From the NCBI GenBank assembly GCA_051313645.2, contig JBNRSN020000029.1, forward strand, positions 40,982,001-41,046,000: a stretch of DNA of 64,000 bases, in the 5' to 3' direction. Positions within the stretch are counted from its first letter, which is position 1; each line of letters starts with the position of its first letter. The notes below the pieces were generated by a model. It saw nothing but the letters and a program-made list of their open reading frames with translations, had not been told where the DNA came from and did not search any database. Shown in pieces: positions 22,870-36,865 of this stretch. Source of the stretch: Centroscyllium fabricii (taxonomy: Eukaryota). A program made the position numbers and the translations under genes.

Positions 22870-23449
22870 ACATAATTGTTTCTATTTTATTTTAATTAAA
22901 ATATATTCGTTGACCTATTTAAGTGTAACAAACCGGTGCATTTCTATTAATACAGCTCAAAATGGGTTTAAAGGAAACAATAAGTTATATTGAACCATTT
23001 ACAACCTCTATTGATGTGCACCAATCAGTTTCATATTAATTAAATATTTTCATTAGAATCGTGCGTTCTTGTGCCTGTGTGCCAATGAAAATAATCTCTA
23101 TACATAGGCAATTTATAGAGACTTCCTTAACTAGCACAGTCAGCAAAATGCCTCGATCGACCTGCGGCAGGGTAGAATTTTTCGGCCAGATACGATATTA
23201 CAAATTGATTACGAATGGAACGTAAATGATCATGGATGGCACTGAGGTGGTGTGGGCGTAACTCGATTACATTTGAGGTTCCCGATGTCTTGCATGCCTT
23301 CAGCAGAATCTGCCAGGATTGCGTTGCCATTACTGGTGTAGAGTACCGGAAAATCTACATATGCATTAGCCCATGACCATTATTGGGTGACTTTTGTTAC
23401 CAACGCAGCCCCATGAAGCAAGAACTGAAAATTATACAGCATAGTTTAC

Positions 23450-23476
23450 CCAAATATTTGTCTGTCGCAGGCGTTT
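23450..23476 (-). CDS. candidate 27-nt micro-exon (ETPATDKYL)
   Basis: atttttgttttgttag|AAACGCCTGCGACAGACAAATATTTGG|gtaaac; DKY motif shared with the 43686 exon. Confidence 0.5.
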
Positions 23477-25199
23477 CTAACAAAACAAAAATGCAAATCA
23501 GACTCTTTCTGATATTTTCACCACAGTTGCATAATTTCTGATGAAAGTGCTTTTGATTAATCAGCCGCCTGAACGTAGGCGGGAAACTGGAAAGGACAAA
23601 CAAGCAGGACGTGTATGGAGCAGCCGAGCTGCCACAGGAGTTGTGCCCGTAACCAAACAGAACATTGATGGATACGACCATTTTACAGTACAGAACATCT
23701 TTCAGATTTCAATAGTAACAAATGCTGCCTTAAAGTTAAGAGTTTTCATTTTGGAATCAGGTTCTATATTATGTACAACGGCGTTCCTCAAGGGCTGTCT
23801 GGGATCTGGAGCACCATTATTATTTTTAGCTTCCAAGAAGGATCTGGACATAATTTAACATTTGCCCGATGGTGGAAAACTGGTGCTATTGAATTCATTG
23901 AATCCGCTTGAATGTCCTGTGCATTGAAGTCAATGGAAGAGGAAATATGGCGCGGTGTATATAGGGTGGCTAATTTGATATCACCCATTTTACTCCAGTG
24001 ACCAAATTTAAAATGACTCCCATCTGTGATTACCGTCGCTTGTGCCTTTGTTAGTGTTTGTGAGGAAATATTTTGGATAATTTGAAACTAAATCGCCCAG
24101 CAGTAATGGAGTGGTTTTGCTTCATTCAGTTATTTTGAAACCCGCCCGACAGTATGCTCCATTGAATTAAAAGAATTGGTAAATGAGGTTGAGCTGCAGG
24201 TCATCTATCATCTAACAGAATGAAGGAATACGCTTTTTTGGCTGTGTGGTCTCCGGTTCTCTTCTTCCTATGTTTTAACAACCATTCTAAAACAAAGTTG
24301 AAGAAATGACTTACTTCAAAAGATTGTGGACTAAAACGGTTAATTGTTGGTTTCATTGAATAACTCCAGATTAGCAACTGAATTTAACGCGCCCTCATTA
24401 TTTTCATAATAGCCAGTGGGCAACAGAGGGTCTTTCGCCGACAAGAAATTAACAAGGCTATAATTGGCCTAATCAAAATAACATAAAAACACACGAGCGA
24501 ATTTGCTTAATCATGTGGTTACTTATTTGAAGTGTGGAACACAGAGATTAGTCCATAAACCAAAGTGCTTTTGATTACTAATGACGAAGAGAGAAATAGT
24601 TCATTTGTTGTTAGCTCGGGTATGTATCTGAGTGACTCGGGCCTGTACGATTTCGTTGGAAATACCGAATGAGGAAGTTTGCTTCAATGTATTAATGATG
24701 TTTTATGACATTGTGACAACAGGAATTATCCTCCTTTTCGATCCTGTTTTTTTGTCTCTGATATCTCATATTAACTTTTGCTGAGTGACTAGTCTGTTTA
24801 TTGCATTCGTTTCTACCAAAAATGCAAAACATAAAACTCGAAGTGCTTTTATGTCATTACCCGATTTTATTTCTGCCAACATTACTGCAAAAAAAAAGAC
24901 AAATTTCAGAAATATAAAGAATATTGAACAACCTGTAACTACCACCAATATTATTGCTTCTCTTTCAGAGAATTACATAGAAAGGACAACATGGAACATT
25001 TTTGATGGGCACGTTAATTTTTTCAGTACTTATCCTACACCGTGGCAGTAATCATCATCTCATGTGCCCGCCACCCACCTAATTTAGTCATCAATGCTGA
25101 CACTGTGATGGACATTCAATTTTGTGTCCCGGGATAGAACTGCTGTTTCATATAGAAACCAGTGGGAAGGATAATCCGGCAATTTCTAAAACGAGTGAG

Positions 25200-25680
25200 A
25201 ATAAAAATATAGAAATATAGGAACTGGAGTAGTCGATTCTGATCATCGATCCAGCTCTGCAGTTAAAACTGATGATGACTAGCTGTGCCCAACTCCTTTT
25301 GCTAGCCTTTGCTCCATATCCCTTGATACCTTTACCGAATATAAATCAATCAATGCCAGTCCTGAAGTTTCAAATTAACCAAGCTTCACAGCCTTTTGGG
25401 GAAACGAGATCTGAATTTCCCTTCCCATTTGCGGGAGAAAATGCTGTAAGATTTCAGTTCTAATTGCCCTAGATCTAACTTTAAGATTATATCCACTTAT
25501 TTTCGATTCTCCCAATAGAGGAAATAGTTGTTCTTACCAAATGCAGTGATCATTTCAAATAACTCGATGTGGTTACTGCTCAAACATCAGACCCATCATG
25601 CCAAAATATGTAACATGTTCCATTGATTTAGCCCAGTAATCCCTATAACTACTCTGGTGAATGAGCGCTGTAAACCTTCC
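25200..25680 (-). mobile_element. old CR1 3' fragment
   Basis: Degenerate match to the 1660-2100 CR1 3' end. Confidence 0.6.
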
Positions 25681-25689
25681 AAAGTTAAT

Positions 25690-27300
25690 GGCCCTGAATT
25701 TCCGATCAGAGACTTCATGCGTGCGAATGCCTCGGATCGGAAGAAATCTGCGCACCTTCCCGCTGGCTCCGTCGGAAATGAGGCTTTCGATCCTGTGCCT
25801 CTGCTCCCCGAAATGCAGTGGCCCAGGTATCCCAGGGACGCATCCGGTTCGCTCGGGGTCACGTGGGCCATGGGGAACCAATCAACGAAGGGAAACCCTC
25901 TTTACACTTTTGACAGGTCTGAACGCGCAGATCTGTCAAAAGCAAGAACCGGGCTCACATTTAAAAACAGTTAAAAATTAAACATGTTTTTATCTCACGT
26001 ATTTAAAATGAGTTGAAATGACATTAATTTCAATATTTTAAACAAAAAATTATGTTTTGAAAAAATTAAAAATTTTAAGAGGATAAAAATGAAGTTTCCT
26101 ATTCAAAAAGTATTTGTGCATTAAAAATGAGTGAAATTACTTTTTTTTAAATTTTTTAAAACTCGTATATTGGTAAAAGCAGGCCTTATGGCCGTAGATC
26201 AAGGACCGGCCCCAGGATATCTCCAAGTTCACTCCCAAGGCGCGGGAGACTTTCGGTCGTTTTTGAGGTGCCGTGGGCGGGGGCAGTGGATCGAGGACCG
26301 GCCCCGGATCTCTCCAACTTCACCCCCAAGGTGCGGGAGACTCTCGGGTTTTTTGAGGTGCCGTCGGGGGGGTGGGCATAGATCGACGACTGGCCCCAGG
26401 ATCTCTCCAACTTCACTCCCAAGGTGCTGGAGACTTTCTTCAGTTTTTGAGGTGCCGTCGGGAGGGCCGTAGATCGAGGACAGGTCCCGGATCTCTCCAA
26501 CTTTACTCCCAAGGCGCGGGAGACATTTGGCACTTTTGCGGTGCCGGGGAAGCCGTGGATCATGCACCGGCCCCGGATCACTTCATCTTCACTCACAAGG
26601 CGCGAGAGACTTTTGACCGTTTCGAAGTACCGTTGTTGGAGTCGTGGGTCGAGTACCGGCCATGGATCTTCAAAACTTCACTCCAGAGATGCAGGAGCTC
26701 TGTGGCAGTTTCTGTGGTGTCGTTGGTGTGGCCGTGGGTCGAGCACCGGTCCCGAATCTTCACTCTCGATGTGCGAGAGTTCTGCGGAGGTCTGTGGTGG
26801 GTCTTTTTTTGAAGGACGGTGGAGTTGGAAAATCTTGGATGTCACTGGTTTTTGATTGGTCCCGTAGCCATCGGAAATCCAAATTCAGCAGTGCATTGCA
26901 GTGGATGGTATGGCGGAAGGAATACAAGGTCGCGCTGGCGAGCCAGAGCATCTGCCGACCCACAACTGATGGCGCTGGAGAATGGCTTGTCGTCTTGCGA
27001 GTTTCACGCATGCTGTGTATCTCTATGTTCTTTTGTTGCGCGGTTTGATGTATAGCACGTGTGGAAATAGCAATAAGCATTTCACTGTTCGAATTTTCTG
27101 TTCAATTCATGGGACAATAACATTTTACTTACTTACTTACTTATGCCTGCTTTTAGCAGTCGTCAGATTTTTAAAGGTTTTGAGCGGGCGGAAGTTATGC
27201 AGAGAGAGCCCAACTCCCTGCCCGCTGAGGCCCTTGACAGATTGCAAGTACCGTTTTAGCACATGCGCTTCGCCCGCGTGACTCATATGCACCTGTGGCG
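25690..27300. mobile_element. MITE copy carrying an internal insertion of about 950 bp
   Basis: Starts aat|GGCCCTGAATTTCCG; homologous to 1-746; hairpin TGGTAAAAGCAGG..CCTGCTTTTAG is split by 26190-27140. Confidence 0.65.
26190..26800 (+). repeat. GC-rich tandem array, unit about 90 bp, about 7 units, progressively diverged
   Basis: Units start near 26190, 26281, 26373, 26465, 26551, 26640 and 26730 (GATCGAGGACCGGCCCC..GGATCTCTCCAACTTCACTCCCAAGG). Confidence 0.85.
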
Positions 27301-27316
27301 GAGGAAAAAAAGGCTT

Positions 27317-27985
27317 AATCAATAGATACACTTCCTGAGTTTTATTGTTAAAAACTGGAAGACGTACTCCAGATTGGGCCTGAGGAAACCTCTGTACAAC
27401 TGAAACATCATTTCCTGACTTTTGAATTCAAATCCCTTTGCGAATAACGGCAACATTTCATTAGTCGAACTGTTCACTTTTTGAAACTTAACACTACCTT
27501 TCCGTTCTCTGTGCACAGGGATACCTAAATTATTGCGCTGCTCCACAGCACATAGACTTTTACTATTAAGAAAATATTCTGACTTGCCTTTCGTAGATCC
27601 AAAGTGGATGATATCACTTTTCCATTGATGCAAATCAATTCAAACCCATTTCCCACAATTTCACCCACTCAGTAAGCCTGTCTATATCCTTATACAACTT
27701 ACTGCTCCTGTCTACACAACCACTTTGCTGCCTAAATTAGCTCTGTCTACAAATTTGGATGTACAACTTTCTTTACCTTAATCAAAATCATTAATATATA
27801 CGGTGAAAATGTGACGGCCGAGTCGAGATCCTTTGCGAACACAACTTGTGATATTCCACCAATCAGAAAATGTAGCATATAGCCCTACTCGCTGAACCCT
27901 ACCATCCAACCAGTTATCAACACATGGCACAAGATTACCTACAATTTCAAATGCTCTCATTTTTTCTAATAGTCCATTGATGTCA
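27317..27985 (-). mobile_element. old CR1 RT fragment
   Basis: GSRLGRHIFTVYINDFD and LYRGFLRPNLEY on the minus strand. Confidence 0.75.
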
Positions 27986-28049
27986 ATGGAGATAAGATCG
28001 GGAGATATGTAAAACGGACTTCCGATTCGCAATTACCTCTTTTACAATC

Positions 28050-28768
28050 GACCGTAATTTACAGCCCCTACATGTGTGTACGATGTCCGCACGTGCTCCT
28101 AAGGGCCGTGCAAGTGTGGACTTAGGCATGCATTCTGCGTGCACTATGACACTGAACTTGCGATCTGTCAAGTATCTTCTTGTGAGATATAGTTGTTAGA
28201 GTTGGGGGTGTCGGGGATATGTAAAGAGGGTAGGAGTGGGGCTGCTGGGGTTCGATGATCAGCCATGATCTCGTCAAGATGGCGGAGCAGACTCGAAGGG
28301 ACGAATGGCCTACTCCTGCTCCTATCTTCTGTGTTTCTGTGTTTTCTTGACAGATCGTCCAAATCCACAGGAAAAGGGCATTCAAGAACATATTGTTTGC
28401 CGAACCTCTGCCCAGTGATTGCCCACTAAATTCATACGCCTGGAAAGAGTTTAAAAAATAGAAAATAACATTCAAAGAATCATAGAATCATAGAATCCCT
28501 ACAGGGCAGATAGAGGAGAGAGGGAAACATGTTAGCAATAATTTATTTTAAAACCTGTGAAATAAGATAAGATTCTTTTAGCCTCTCTAAAACTTGTACA
28601 TTTATTTTTCAAAACTTAAGCTTCTGTTTTAAATATGATGATTATTGACAGATTGGAAGTGCCGGGTTTTAGTGCATGCTCTTCGCATGCCTGAAGCCAG
28701 CACTTGTGAGGCGCTAACGGGGGCGTACACACCTCGTACGCACCCGTGGGGTTCGGTACATCCGGCCT
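28050..28768. mobile_element. MITE copy with a SINE tail fragment inserted at about 28190-28345
   Basis: Halves resemble 1014-1330 and 620-746; SINE tail GGCGGAGCAGACTCGAAGGGACGAATGGCC inside. Confidence 0.55.
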
Positions 28769-30359
28769 GACTTCTGCATAGTTAAGTTTTATTATTATTG
28801 TATTCTAAACTTTGTTACAGTCTGTACTCAGCTCTCCGGTACATCTAAAGATTACATCCAACTTTTAGTGTTTATTTAGTACTGCCTCACAAAGGAACAG
28901 ACGTATATATTTGAACTCCAACCATAATGGTTCTATCTGCAGCAGGTGTTTCTTTACATCAGTCCTGTTAGCTTTTACTTCTTTGTCAAGATGTGAACTC
29001 CTCATTCTATCTTAACTTTTATGTCCCTTGTAATAATATTGTGCAGTGCTTGCCCAGTGTCTCGACACGTTTCTGCACGTCTAATTGAATCCATGTCTTC
29101 CTGTTATATTATTGCCAAGTCTATTTCCCAAAATCTGCAGATAGCAATGCATGCACTTAATTTGTTTTATTGCCTGGAAATAACATAATGGAACATTTTC
29201 AGAAAGTCATTTATAAAAATGCAGCATTGGAAAGGCCCGCAACTTTCGGGTTTTCACATGTGCTTGCCCATACGCCAAAACCGAAACTTTCAATCTGTCA
29301 AGGTAGATGTACTGATTCGAATGTAAAATCAGCATCACAGGCGGGGAGTTGGGCAATTAACCAAACAACTGCCCAGTCGTTGCTCAGAAAAATCAAAAGG
29401 CTGGTAAAAACAGGCGGCAGGCCTTCTTACATCAGTTTAAGGGTTCTTACATATCTTCACTAAACTTTTAAAAATAAAATTGATGCACAAAAACTGTAAT
29501 TTAGCTTATGCAAATATTATCCCGGGCTATGCTGTTTCACATTGTTTTTCAAGAAACTAATTTTTTATTGTATTATATGAAATCAAGGGACTTCTGAATA
29601 ACATTGAAATTCAGAAAATTTGTATTTCGCATGCGACTGCTACCAACGGATCGGAAGTAGATGCGCAATTCCAGTGTTTTTTTGTTCGCTCTCGCCGGAC
29701 GTCCTGCAGATTAGAGAGAGAAAGGCGCGGGGTGGAAACTTCAAATATTTCTGAGGTCTGTGATGTCAGTGAAGGTGATACTAGGATGTGCTCAGCTTCT
29801 GTAAGTTTTATTGTACTCTCACGGAGTGTGTTTATCGCTATTGGGTCCACTATCTCTTGTGGTTTGAACAGGCGTCTCGTGAACAGAATGCAGATGCAGG
29901 ATGTTAGGATTTAATCGCCTGGTAAAAATATAATTGAGTATGAGAGTAGAGACAGTCTGTAGACATAGAGAGAGCAGCGGTAGAGAAAGAGATTGGAGAA
30001 GTAAACGACAGGGAGGGCGGTGAAGGAATTAAAGGAGGGAGATACTGGAAGCAGTGTGATTAATTTATCAGAATGAACTGCTAAATCGTCTACTACAATT
30101 TGAGGACGATGCTGTCAAATTGTTGGAGTTAGAATCTGCTCTCGTTGAGTGTCCTTGTCGCTCTGAGCTCCTCCATCTATTGTGGTGAATGTTGTCTTTT
30201 CTTATTAGCGACCTCACATTTAAGCTCAGAATGATTCTGCTCAGGTTCCGCTTCGTTGGCAGCAGACACTCCGTTATATTTATTGGAATTGTGTAAATTG
30301 TTTTATCATTTGAGGAATCCATTGCATGTCATTAAGGAATTACTTTGGGAAATGCCTGC

Positions 30360-30692
30360 AATGATAGGAGGATTCCTCGTGGGGGAATCTAGAACTAGGT
30401 AGCATAGTTTCAGAATAAGGGGTCACCTATTTAAGATGGAGATGAGGGGGAATTCCTTTTCTCAGGGGGTCGTGAATCCTTTGGAATTCTCTACCTCAGA
30501 CAGCTATGAAGGCTGAGTTATTGAATATATTCAAGGCTGAGATAGACAGGTTTTTGCACTACAGGGGAGTCAAGGGATATGGGAAAATGGCAGAAACGTG
30601 GAGGTAAGGCCAATATCAGACCTGCTACATACTTATTGCAATGCAGAATTGAGGGGCCGAATGGTGTATTCCTGCTCATATTTCTTATGTTC
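30360..30692 (+). mobile_element. CR1 3' fragment
   Basis: GGGGAATCTAGAACTAGG..GAGGGGCCGAATGG..CCTGCTCATATTTCTTATG. Confidence 0.75.
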
Positions 30693-30889
30693 CTCTGACT
30701 TGGCCCACATTATGCCAGCGACGCTTCCAAACTGCCTGCCTTTCCGCATCACTGGACCTTTATGCATATATACGTTTGGAGGCCCGAGAATCGAACAATC
30801 CACAGCCTGGGAACCTGGAGGTAGGTTCAGAAATATTTCGCAGGTTGGAGGCGTAATCCGGAGTTATGCCTCCAAAAACAATTCCTAGA

Positions 30890-30995
30890 AATAACAACAG
30901 AATACGTTGGAGAAACTCAGCAGGCCAGGTAGCATCGGTGGAGAGAGAAACAGAGTTCACTTTTCAGGTCGATGACCTTTCTTCAGAACTGGAGA
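30890..30995 (-). mobile_element. Penelope-like element terminus with degenerate hammerhead core
   Basis: Minus strand CTGAAGA-A-AGGTC-ATC-GACCT-GAAA (about 30962-30986). Confidence 0.6.
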
Positions 30996-31101
30996 AACCG
31001 GGAGGGGGGATAGATTTAAAGCTTGTAGAGGCTGGGAAATGGGGGGAGGGGGGCTGACAGAACAAACGAGAGGTCAGCGGCAGGCTCGAAGGCGGGGGAA
31101 A

Positions 31102-31494
31102 CAGAATCATAGAAACTAGGAGCAGAAGCAGGCCATTCAGCCCTTAGAGCCTGCTCCGCCATTCAATGCGATCTTGGCTGATCATCCAAACCCATTACCC
31201 CGCCCCTGCCCTCTCCCCATATCCCTCGATCCCTATCGAGCCTGCATCGACACATATCCCACCCTATCCCTGTAACCCCACATATTCAAGTCCCCTAATA
31301 CTAAGGGTCAATTTATCATGGCCAATCAACCTAACCCGCACATCTTTGGACTGTGGGAGGAAACCGGAGCACCCGGAGGAAACCCACGCAGACACGGGGA
31401 GAATGTGCAAACTCCACACTGATAGTACCCGAGGCTGGATTTGATCCCGGGTTTCCAGTGCTGTGAGACAACAGTGCTAACCGCTGTGCCACCG
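31102..31494 (-). mobile_element. HE1/V-SINE-type SINE
   Basis: Reverse complement of 15412-15810. Confidence 0.88.
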
Positions 31495-32612
31495 TAAGGG
31501 GAGGTAAGGTAAGAGACAATATTAATTTCTAGAACATTGGTTCAACAGGGCAATGCTTTAAAGGAACCGTAGTTATGTTTGTAAAGCTTTCTGACCAGCC
31601 TTTCTCAGTCGATCCAGTTCTGAAAGAAGGAGTACAAAACAGGAGGTGATGCCATTGTAAGGTCAACTTATTGCAGATGAAGTAAGAAGAAAACCGCTAT
31701 TGCTGGAAATCTGACAAAAAGAATAAACCGAAATTCCTGGAATTGCACGGAAGATCGATGAAGCCCTGAGTAAACGATAGGCCAAAATGTCAGACGCCAC
31801 CTTTTGAAAGAGATACATATATCTCACAAATAACTTTAAAAAACGATCGTGCCTTATCGTGCCACATCTGGTGAAGGGCAACTTTGCAGTTAAATAGAAT
31901 AGTTTACCATAGAGTTTTATTCATAATTGGGTACGTATTTCTCCGGAAGAATTATATCTTCAATATTCGGGTGGCGGCAGGCAAACTATATCATTCGCCG
32001 GTTATATGCCCGTCTAAGTTTCATTTTATTTATTTCTGTGCAGATCGAACATCTACATCCTTGAGACATGTGATAATGAGGCAATAGTGTCACCAAATAT
32101 TGATTTGCAATGAAATGGAAATACGAAGCACCAAAAGATTCCCATAGGTACAGTTGTGCTAAGTAGCTATCTGTGCAATTATTATTTCGAAAGGAAGCCA
32201 GTAAATTACAATATAAATTCTCGTTAGCTACCATAAGGTTAAAATATAACGATTTAATCGAAATTTGATAGAGCGTTTAATTCTGACGAATGAATTTGAA
32301 CATTTTGCTCTGGAACTGTTAATTTGTTGCGGTCCTTTCCTTGCATTTTGGGGTTCCCATTCAGAATGAGAACTGTCTTTTGGAGTGACAGCTCCAATGC
32401 ACGGTAGGTTTTGTACAGAACGCATCAGACACGTGTTATAAGGGCCTAGAGATTTATTGCTGCTTAGCCTGTGAATGACCGGTAAGATTCAGTTCAGGCA
32501 AATCAAAACGTCCTGTGGTATTTCCGGGCAAAATAGCCGATATTAAAAGCAATAAAATGGTGACTTTGATTATTAAAAAAACGAATACACATAAAATTTA
32601 AATTTAGATTAC

Positions 32613-32639
32613 CTGCACTTGTATCAAGCAACTGTTGAA
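32613..32639 (-). CDS. candidate 27-nt micro-exon (xQQLLDTSA)
   Basis: tttgtattacag|TTCAACAGTTGCTTGATACAAGTGCAG|gtaatc; open in phase 1. Confidence 0.5.
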
Positions 32640-34479
32640 CTGTAATACAAATAAATTGCTGATCATCTTAGCAACAATTAATGCTGTACAAATAAAAGTT
32701 ACATTCATAAACGTATTACATGTAAAACAAATTATTCCGTCATATTTGGACAAGTAAGTGAATCGAAGCAAATCTCAAAAATGGCGTTTAAAATTGTTCC
32801 ATAGGTAAAGTAAAGCGCATTTAACAAGTATTTTAGATTTGTTCTAGTAAAGGTAAGGTATAGCATTATTAAAGGCTAAATAGCTGGCACAATAAACACG
32901 ACACGTTTGTTGTTTGGCAAATACAGTTGCTGTCACAGTTGAAAACTCATTAAAAAAGACATGTGAAGGGATAAATGTCAATAAATACAAACTTCCTTTG
33001 TTTATTTCTTTAGTTTGTACATTTTATTGATAACGAATCCGGCGTGATATGTGTTGATAACTTAAGGTCAAAGAAATAAGATTTAAAGGCTCACTTTACC
33101 CCTTCAGCGTCCTGGCGGAAGCCTGGAAAACACATCTGAAATCCTGCACCTCCAGCTTACAATTTTCCAGTTTGAGAATCGCTGAAGCTTAAATCCAGGT
33201 TAACTGGAATAATCTTGATCTCGTGCGATAGTGGAAAATGGGTGATAACGATTTGGTAGCCCATTTTACATAAATGGAAATAAAAATTGAGGGAGATGTA
33301 GAAAATTCTACGCGATTACCCATTTTGCACTCTCACGCAATGTTAAAATCGCCCTCAACATTACGAAATTGGCAGTACTACTATACAGGAGTTTTAGTTT
33401 CTCACTGTGTAATTCACAGCTTTGCTCTGTCACCAACTTCTCCCATGCAGGATACTAGGCACGTGTTTATTATTCATATTTTGCTTGCATCGGTTTTTCT
33501 ATCTCTCCAGTGTATCGTTAGCTGTAGTAAAATTAACTGTGTTTAAAAGTAAGTACAGAAGATCTATTGATTAGGTAAATGATGTTGCCCTTTATGTTCA
33601 TTTATTTCGTTATCTAACTGAAATATACAAATATAATAGTTGCTTAGGTTCCAGATCTCCGCCTGAAAGTTTAGAGAATTTCGTCAATTTTTAATTCTAT
33701 CACTTAACATTAACGGACAGGTAAGCAGCCTCGAAATGGGGTTGGTAGCATAATTTCCCCAAAACAGGAGAACGTCTGAAATTACGCCTGTCTGTGGTGG
33801 TAGGCATTTTTTTACCAGGTAGCTCAAGGCCTTCGGACATTAAATATTAGTTTACGTCGGTAGAACTCATAAGGCCGAGCCAACCTACGTTTGCCAATAT
33901 TTATATAGATCCTGAGGTACCCTGCTCCTCCACCCGCCCCTCCTGCCAACCCCGAATTAATCTGGTCACCAGCCACCACTGTCGTTAAAAGAAACGTAAA
34001 TTGTGTGGTGCACGATACGTGCTGCCCGTATGCTGTTGCGGGTTTTGGCCGACAGAACAAGACTAGTTTCAACCCCAGGGTGCTAAGACCAAGGGCAGTT
34101 TTCATGTTATGGCGAGAGAGAGGGAAGCAGGAGGGGGAAGACAGGATTCAGCCAAAGGAATCAAGGATAGAAGACAAGGATGTGAGGGTAGGAGAGCAGA
34201 TGAGAAGGAAAGAAGACGGGGAGTGGATTTGGGATAATCGGGAGGTGGATACTGAGCCGAGCGAAGAATAGAAGAGTGGAGAAGTGAGCTAGAGAGGATA
34301 AAATGAAGTTTGGTTATAGGAGCAAAAAGGAAAAAAGCAGGACAAAGGAGATAATCAGAAAGTTTGCTAGAGGAGTTAGGGATGCGGCAGAGAGGAGAAC
34401 TGACAGAATGCAGTAATTGCGTCAGAACTGGGGAGATGTGAATGTGGCGGGGGAAATTGAGAGGAAAATTTGGGATCAC

Positions 34480-36865
34480 AACAAGGAATAGAGAAACACT
34501 TATCCCTTAGGCTCTGAACTGAGTAACGCCTCGCCCACCGTGAAATCTCAATCTGAACACATCTTGCTTTTTCTTCTCGGTGGTCACGGTCCCTGTCATA
34601 CTTTATCCTCCATGAACGACCACCCTGTCAACCTTGCCATTTCACCAAGCCGCTATGTCCTCATCGTCTCAATCAAGACAAAGCCATGTCTGAGCACTTC
34701 CATCTAACCTTCACCACTCACACCACCCCATTTAAATCCCACTTCCTTCAGTATCCACCGATGCAGGAAACAAAACACTTTTGCCTACGTCACTTACAAC
34801 AACAATTTTCAAAACTTCATGTTGCCTAGCCTTTGGCCAGGATAATTTTGCTTTCGACGATGTGCTCAATCAACCTTTTCCCATTGACATTGTTTCTCTT
34901 GACTCTGTAATAGTTGCTTTTTTCCACCTAGTCGTTCCACTGCAACAGCCCTCGTCTTTGCACACTGAAGTGCAGACATTTAGTGATTCATCGTATGATT
35001 GGACTGGTCCACATCCAGCAAAGTTAAGCAAAGCTTTCCTGCAAACGAAAGAAAACACCAGCTTATTTTTTTCCATAACCAGCAGCATTTTTTATCCCTC
35101 TGCCTTGCCTCCTCCATCCTCATCTCCGAAAATTGAGAGGAGCTTATGGACATGTTTTCATTATTAAGATAGAGAAATCTGCTCAGCTGACACTGCAGTA
35201 CCCAACCTCCATTTAACAACCAAGCCAAAGTTCTCCCAAGGATCACAACCCCCCGCCCTTGCCATGAATCAGCATCTTTCCCTGATTTCTCTACTCTCTC
35301 GTACCTTGGAGATTACGTACTCATTTTCGTGAAACCCAACTTCTGCTCTCTTTCGCCTCATTCCACTGAAAGGCTGAATATTAGAAGTATTTTTCTGGCC
35401 CCCACAATAGCCGTTCGCAGCCTCGGCGGCCTATGATACCACTGCAGAGGTGATTTCAACTTCATTTTCAAAACTGCCGTGAGCACCCACTGCTCAGAAA
35501 ACATCACTCTCTGTCCTTGAAAACTGTCGTCCGATCTCCAAATCTTCATTTCCACTCCAAAGTCATTCAACATGTTGTCGCCTCCAAAACCATTTCCATC
35601 TTTCCTGCAAATGAATCTTTTAACCTCTCCAACAAGATTACACGGCCCTGCAAAACGCTCACACTGTTCTATTCAACGCATAAATGTCCTCCTATGTGAT
35701 TATAAACATGGAGTACAATTCATCCTCGTTCTTCTCAACCTCACTACAGCATTTGACATCGTCTGCCAGACCACCATCCTCCGCCAGCTCTATGCCGTTG
35801 TTCCACTGACTGGGACTGGCCTCGCGTGGAACCAGTTAAGTCTATCCAAAGGTAGCCTCCAATGCCTTCCTATCCTACACTCGTACCAATATCCATGGAG
35901 ATCCGTAGGATCTCTCTTTGGCCTCCCCTATTGCTCATCTGCCAATTGTCCCTTTCTAACGATTCAAAGATTATATCCAGATTTACCTCTACAAGCCCTC
36001 TCTGAACACCTCTACTGTCTTTCCATTTTCAGCCTGCTTGACCGCTTTCTATTGCTGGATTATGAGTACTTTCTCCGAATAAACAGTTGCCGTTCAGAAA
36101 CCACATGTTTAGCCCCACCTTCAACCTCACTACACAAACTCCATTCCCTATTACTGATTCCAACCCATTGCCGGGCCACAGTCTCAGGCTGAAGGAGTCT
36201 GTTAGCAACCTCGACGGCCATTCTGACATTGAGTTGAGTTTCCAATCTTATATCCATAACAATGACGCTCTTTCACCACTTCTGTAACATTGGCGATCTC
36301 GGCCTCTGCCAGATCTCTTCAGCAACTAGCGACCCACAGCCATCCTTTCCGCATCTGCAGCTTCGAATATTGTAATGTCCTTATGGCCGGCCATCCATCA
36401 TCTACCCTGCAAAAACCCGGTGCATCTAAATGTTTGCTGCTTGTATCCTAATCATCATTAAAAGTTGCGCTCTCCCAAAATCATTGTGCTGATTTAACTA
36501 CCTAGGCCACCGGTTAACCTCGATATAAAATGCATATTGCTGTGCTAAATTCCTTTCATGGTCTTAGCTGGAAAGTCGTCTGGGTCGGTGGCATAAAACA
36601 GGAGGTATCGCATTGGTCATCCCTTACTCAGAGGGCCTGATATTAATTTATGCTGGGCTCTGGAAGACAAACTCTCTGTCTATCCCTCTCTCGCCATCTC
36701 CTGTTAAACCCTTCTTAATATCGAGCTGTATGATTATGCATTTAATCACCCAATCTACTGCTCTTCTTTGCCATGGCATCTATGTTTTTCTGATTAAGCT
36801 TCTGTGCAGCACCTACAATCATTTCATATTTGAAAGGCGCTTTTTCAAAATCAAGTTGTTGTTTG
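34480..36865 (+). mobile_element. very old L2 LINE
   Basis: ILVLLNLTTAFDIVCQTTILRQL resembles L2 LVLLDLSAAFDTVDH; L2-type tail near 36835-36865. Confidence 0.7.

Noticed and set aside
24766-25051. Hydrophobic short ORFs as TM or signal-peptide exons
   Set aside because: T-rich sequence gives hydrophobic translations by chance, and no consistent splice boundaries were found.
26190-26800. Possible CRISPR array
   Set aside because: Whole ~90-bp units are homologous with no unique spacers, no cas genes are present, and the context is vertebrate.
34110-34480. Purine-rich tract with ORFs on both strands (similar tracts at 29940-30060 and 40440-40740)
   Set aside because: Low-complexity sequence with no coding signature.
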